The position numbers and the translations under genes are program-made. A stretch of 64,000 nucleotides of DNA from an uncultured Chlamydiae bacterium. GTDB lineage: Bacteria; Chlamydiota; Chlamydiia; Chlamydiales; SM23-39. Below, piece by piece: positions 59,986-64,000 of the stretch (position 1 is the first letter of the stretch; each line of letters opens with the position of its first letter). The DNA lies in assembly GCA_963730605.1 (NCBI GenBank), contig CAVSSM010000007.1, forward strand, positions 32,001 through 96,000, written 5' to 3'. The notes beneath the pieces were generated by a model, which saw only the letters and a list, made by a program, of their open reading frames with translations, was not told the DNA's origin and did no database searches.

Positions 59986-61549
59986 ATGTCAAGCATCACG
60001 CAAATCGGGATAGGTATCTGTTTCACAGGGATTGCGGCTGTGGCCTTTGGCACAAATCCTCTTTCACTATCATTTGTAGGACTAATAGTGGGAGGGCAAG
60101 CATTAGCGCGGGTCACGGATCTTGGGAAGTATTTTTGTCGTCGTTTTAGATCCTGATGAGCACTTAGACGATGATAGTTCGGAAGTTGCCAGAAGAATTC
60201 TAAATCCAACAGCAATTCCAGCTGGTACTCCGCCAGCTAGAGTGCTAAACAACGACGCGACTTCACAGCGGAAATCAGATGATAGTTTGGGCGGTGAAAA
60301 CAACAACTCGCCTCCAAAAATTCACTGGGAAGTGGCTACTCACCAATTAAGTATCAACTCAGAAGGAATTGCTGCGAAGATAGAAAAAAGTCATTCTTTA
60401 CAAACTCTGGATGTGAATGATAGTGAGCAACAAGAAGAATGCTCACCCTTGCAATATCTAACGGATAAAGAAAAGCAAGCCGTTGACGAAGCGTTTGGAA
60501 GCGATTCACGGCTAATCGATAGAATTGTATCCCAAATCGCACAAGGAGAATGGATGGAGCTTTTCCAATCCAGCTTGAAGGATCCTTCGCAGCTAAGCTA
60601 TTTATTTATCGTTGCTTACAAGCAGCGAAAAATCGATCTAGAAGACCTTGCAACGGCTATGATCTTTCACCGAGCTTTTTGCAATACACAAAGAGGTCAG
60701 TGCCATATTGTACCCATCTCGAGAGAGATTCTTGATACGATGGTTAATTTAACAGCAAAATCAAAGCGCAAAATTTTAGAAAAAACTAAAGATGTTAAAA
60801 ACAATCAAAAATTTATGATCCTTGTAGATCGAAAAGCGGTGGATGAATATACCACTACGTTAATAAAAGCGACCTTCAAAAATGGAATAGAAAATGAGGT
60901 AAAGGGTTATCTTCATCAATGCACAGGTGATGTAGAACGATTTGGAACCTTTTCCTTTGGTTTATGCCATTCTTTTTATCCTGAATTATCCCCCGTCATT
61001 CACTTAACGCCATCCATCGAAACGATGGCAGATCATACAAAAATTGGTATTTCAGATTTTGCTTTGTTTTTCCCTGAAGAAGATTCAATAACGCACGGCT
61101 CAACAGATAAAACTATTTTTGCACCAGTTCATGACTTATTACACACGGAAGCTAGAAGAGCGGTGGGGGATCTTTATGTCGCAACGCTGAATCGTGTGGC
61201 CCATGTTAAGGTGGATCCATCTGAGAGAACAGCCTATGCAGAAAAACAAAGATCTGTTGGGCGCCCCTATCCTTTTTTCCATAGATATGCCCGCGGAGAT
61301 CGCACGCCTCTGATTACTTGGAAAGGTGTAGAAAACTTTCTCGTGGATCGCATTTTAGGGGAAGTCGTTGATGCAAGTTATGAGCCTGACCTAGAATCTA
61401 CCGAAGATGTATTGCGTTATGTAGCAAAAAGCGTTTTTGAACGTGAGATAAACAATTTGCCAATTTTCGACCCGCGTAATCCTGAAGATATGAGACAATG
61501 GACAAATACCCGTCAAAGAGTTCTCGAAAGATTTGGAATCGGAGAATGA
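59986..61549 (+). CDS. Hypothetical protein; the hydrophobic 56-aa ORF (59986-60156) and the 475-aa ORF (60122-61549) are probably one frameshifted gene
   Basis: RBS and ATG at 59986; overlapping frames; the long ORF lacks a good start. Confidence 0.55.
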
Positions 61550-61600
61550 CCCGGATTTAGTTGAAACCACCCTTTTCTAAAAGAACATTGGGGCGGCTCC

Positions 61601-63101
61601 TCATAAAGCTCCCATCCTTAAAGAGGAAGTAGTCTGGAAGAGCCGTCTATTGAGAAGAATCTGAGCCCTTTGCTTGACAGATGGGTCGGGGATCATATTG
61701 ACGATTTCTAAAGCGGCCTGGTACAACAATCCTCTATTTATAGCCAGCTCAAAGAGCGTGGTGCTTTGCACAAGCGGGTTAGGAATGCTAAGGGCGACCT
61801 CTAAGGGTTCTTTTTTCAATTCCCTTGGCATTTCTAAAGAAATGCGCGAGAGCTTCAGACCTCTTGTTTACATCTGGAATGGTGAGCGCGATTTCAAAGG
61901 CTTCTTTCCATAAGAATTCCTTAAGCGCTCTCAGGGCGAGCTCAAAAAACGTGGTGCTTTTCCAGGGCTCAAGAGGAATTCTATTCGCGATCTTTAATTT
62001 TTTTTTCCATGGCACATTTTCTTCTAGGGCGAGAATGCCAAGCGCATTAGACTTGTATTCATTGTCAGGAATGCTGTCCGCGACTTGTTCAGCAACATCA
62101 GGTGGCAATTTACCCGAAATACAAATAATTCCCAGAGCTTCAGATTGGATCTTTGGATCAAGAATGCTGTTGGCGAGTGCTAAGGCTTCCTTCCACAAAC
62201 CCTCGTCTAGTACTCTAAGGGCAAGGTCATAAAGGACGCGACTCTTCATTGGCTCTTGTGTAATTTTTTTGGCGATTTCAAATGCTTTTTTTAATGGCAC
62301 CCCATCCCTACGCAAGAGTTCGCAAAGCACAGAAGTCTTTTTATCTTCATCAAAACTATCAGCTATTCGTTCAGCCACATCCACTGGGATATCTTTTCTA
62401 CAAGCAACTATAGACAGGGCGCCTGCCTTGTTATCGGGATCCGAGATGCTATTCGCAATCTCTATTGCTTGCTCCCATGTCACTTGACGGGACTTTTCTA
62501 TAACACTCCGCTTGCATTGATTTGAAGTAGTTTTGTAGCAGAGAATCTCTAAAGCAGCCTCCAATGAAAACTTCTTAGTAGATTGATGAAAAATCTGGAG
62601 TGAATCCAGAAATTGCTCCACAAATAAGCTATCTCCTGTATAACAGGCAAGAATGAATTGTTTCTCGACTTTGCTCGGAGAATCTCTCCTTAGCGTTTCG
62701 GTCATCTGGCGAGCAATAGCATCAACGAACTTATCCTTGTGTTTTTCTCTCGCTCTAATTACCGTCGGGGTCATCATAATGGCTGCGGTCCGCACAAAAT
62801 TCAGGGTGTAAAACATAATAGGGCGAGACTTGAGGGCATCGCTGATTTTTTTGCACGTTTCTGTAGGAAGGGTTCCCCAGTGCTCGATCAGGCGGCGCAT
62901 TGTCAAAGGAACACCCTGAAAGGGAATCCCCAGGCACTCCTGTTCATCCTTAGCAAAATATTCAGCAAAGCTGGCGCAGAGTATGTTCAAACCCTTGCTA
63001 GTTTGACCAAAACGGCTGAGCTCGCGTGCCGTAAGATTTGAGCACACAACTTTCAATATATCATTTGGAAGAATCGAAAAAGCACAAATTGTCATACACA
63101 A
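61601..63101 (-). pseudogene. F-box protein with helical repeats, frameshifted near 61840
   Basis: N-terminal LPNDIL..V.SNL...EL.....TSK; repeats A..IA.SI.D...KS..L continue in ORF 61601-61831. Confidence 0.75.
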
Positions 63102-63231
63102 TCCATTTTTTAATTTTTTCTACTAAAATTTTACATAAAAAAAACAATATTTTAAACTAATTATATTAATTTTTTAAAAAATTAACTTAAGTTGTTGATT
63201 TTCACTGATTTGAGTGGCGCCGCGTTAGCGA

Positions 63232-63579
63232 TTAGGGAGCCCTATGCAGTCTCACGACACATTCGACGTGGGAGGTTTGGGGAAACATGTCGAACGGTTG
63301 GATGGCGGAGGCCACGTATCCCAATTTCACGAGGTGGGATAGGTCGCGGGCAAGCGTTGCTGGATCGCAGGAGATATAAATCACCTCGGGAGAGGGGCGG
63401 AGAACCTGCACGAGTTCGGCAAAACCATGCCGTTTTCGCACTTCCGTCATCCGGGCAAGGACCCGTTCTCCAGGAAGAGCCCCGTCGACGAATACGGCAT
63501 AGCCATCTTGATGGCCCACCCCTGGCCCTAAGCTTCCAAGGCCGTGGATCTCAAGCAAAACCGTTTGATCTTCTTTCAT
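63232..63579 (-). pseudogene. rlmD: RlmD/TrmA 23S rRNA m5U methyltransferase with a large in-frame internal deletion
   Basis: TRAM N-terminus (VFV.GALPGE) fused directly to YISCDPATLARD...DMFPQT.HVE. Confidence 0.8.
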
Positions 63580-64000
63580 CTCTGATCAGACACTACGAGC
63601 GCCGATTTGAGATGGGCTAGCCAATGGGGAGAAATTCCAAGGTCAGCAAGGAGTTTACCGTTTGTTGTCGGAGGCTTCGCACAGGCCTTCACGGCTTCTA
63701 AAAACTTCTCTTTGTGGCTCACGCTCGGAGCCAAGTTATTTCGGATGAGGATGTCAGGATAAGTGTCATGGCCAACTTGGATCGCGGGGATGCCGGCCAA
63801 GGCAAATTGCGGGGCCATGCTGGTTTGGTAGTAGAGAACCGCATCGGCGAGGAGCAGCGACTCTTCCGAGGTGGTTTTTGAGATGAGGATAGGAAAGCCG
63901 CCGGAAAGGTTCGGATCGATTTCCCTTTTTTTATCGCCGGGATGGTGTTGCATGAGGACGATGTTTTCCGTCTGCTCGAGCTTCGATTCGCGAAGCAGTG
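63576..64000 (-). CDS. Hypothetical protein, partial (runs off the window)
   Basis: Open frame to the window edge, coupled to the rlmD start. Confidence 0.6.
   Translation of the reverse strand, partial: LLRESKLEQTENIVLMQHHPGDKKREIDPNLSGGFPILISKTTSEESLLLADAVLYYQTSMAPQFALAGIPAIQVGHDTYPDILIRNNLAPSVSHKEKFLEAVKACAKPPTTNGKLLADLGISPHWLAHLKSALVVSDQR

Overview
Accessory-rich bacterial region. The host is probably an environmental Chlamydiota-type intracellular organism; this is an inference from the tRNA-Asn fragment sequence and the ankyrin, F-box and Inc-like cargo. (1) Positions ~1-24046 hold an integrated phage-satellite/prophage-like element ending in a tRNA-Asn 3' fragment (attR). It carries a tyrosine integrase, an HTH protein, an SF3-type primase/helicase with an iteron origin, an SF2 helicase, TerS and TerL, a toxin-antitoxin pair, a serine resolvase, two podovirus-like ejection/polyvalent proteins and effector-like cargo. 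I could not recognise any capsid, portal or tail gene in it. (2) A second island, ~24047-44776, ends in another tRNA-Asn fragment that is degenerate and hidden by a MITE insertion. It holds remnants of a second satellite-like element, a complete purH-his operon with a His-rich leader peptide and a HisC-HAD fusion, nested IS630/IS1634 elements, tetR-carF, kbl-tdh and an IS3. (3) Positions 44.8-64 kb are mixed metabolic and transport genes, several internally deleted pseudogenes, MITEs and a small islet bounded by a repeat of the dus 3' end. All family assignments come from motif recognition by eye; no searches were run.
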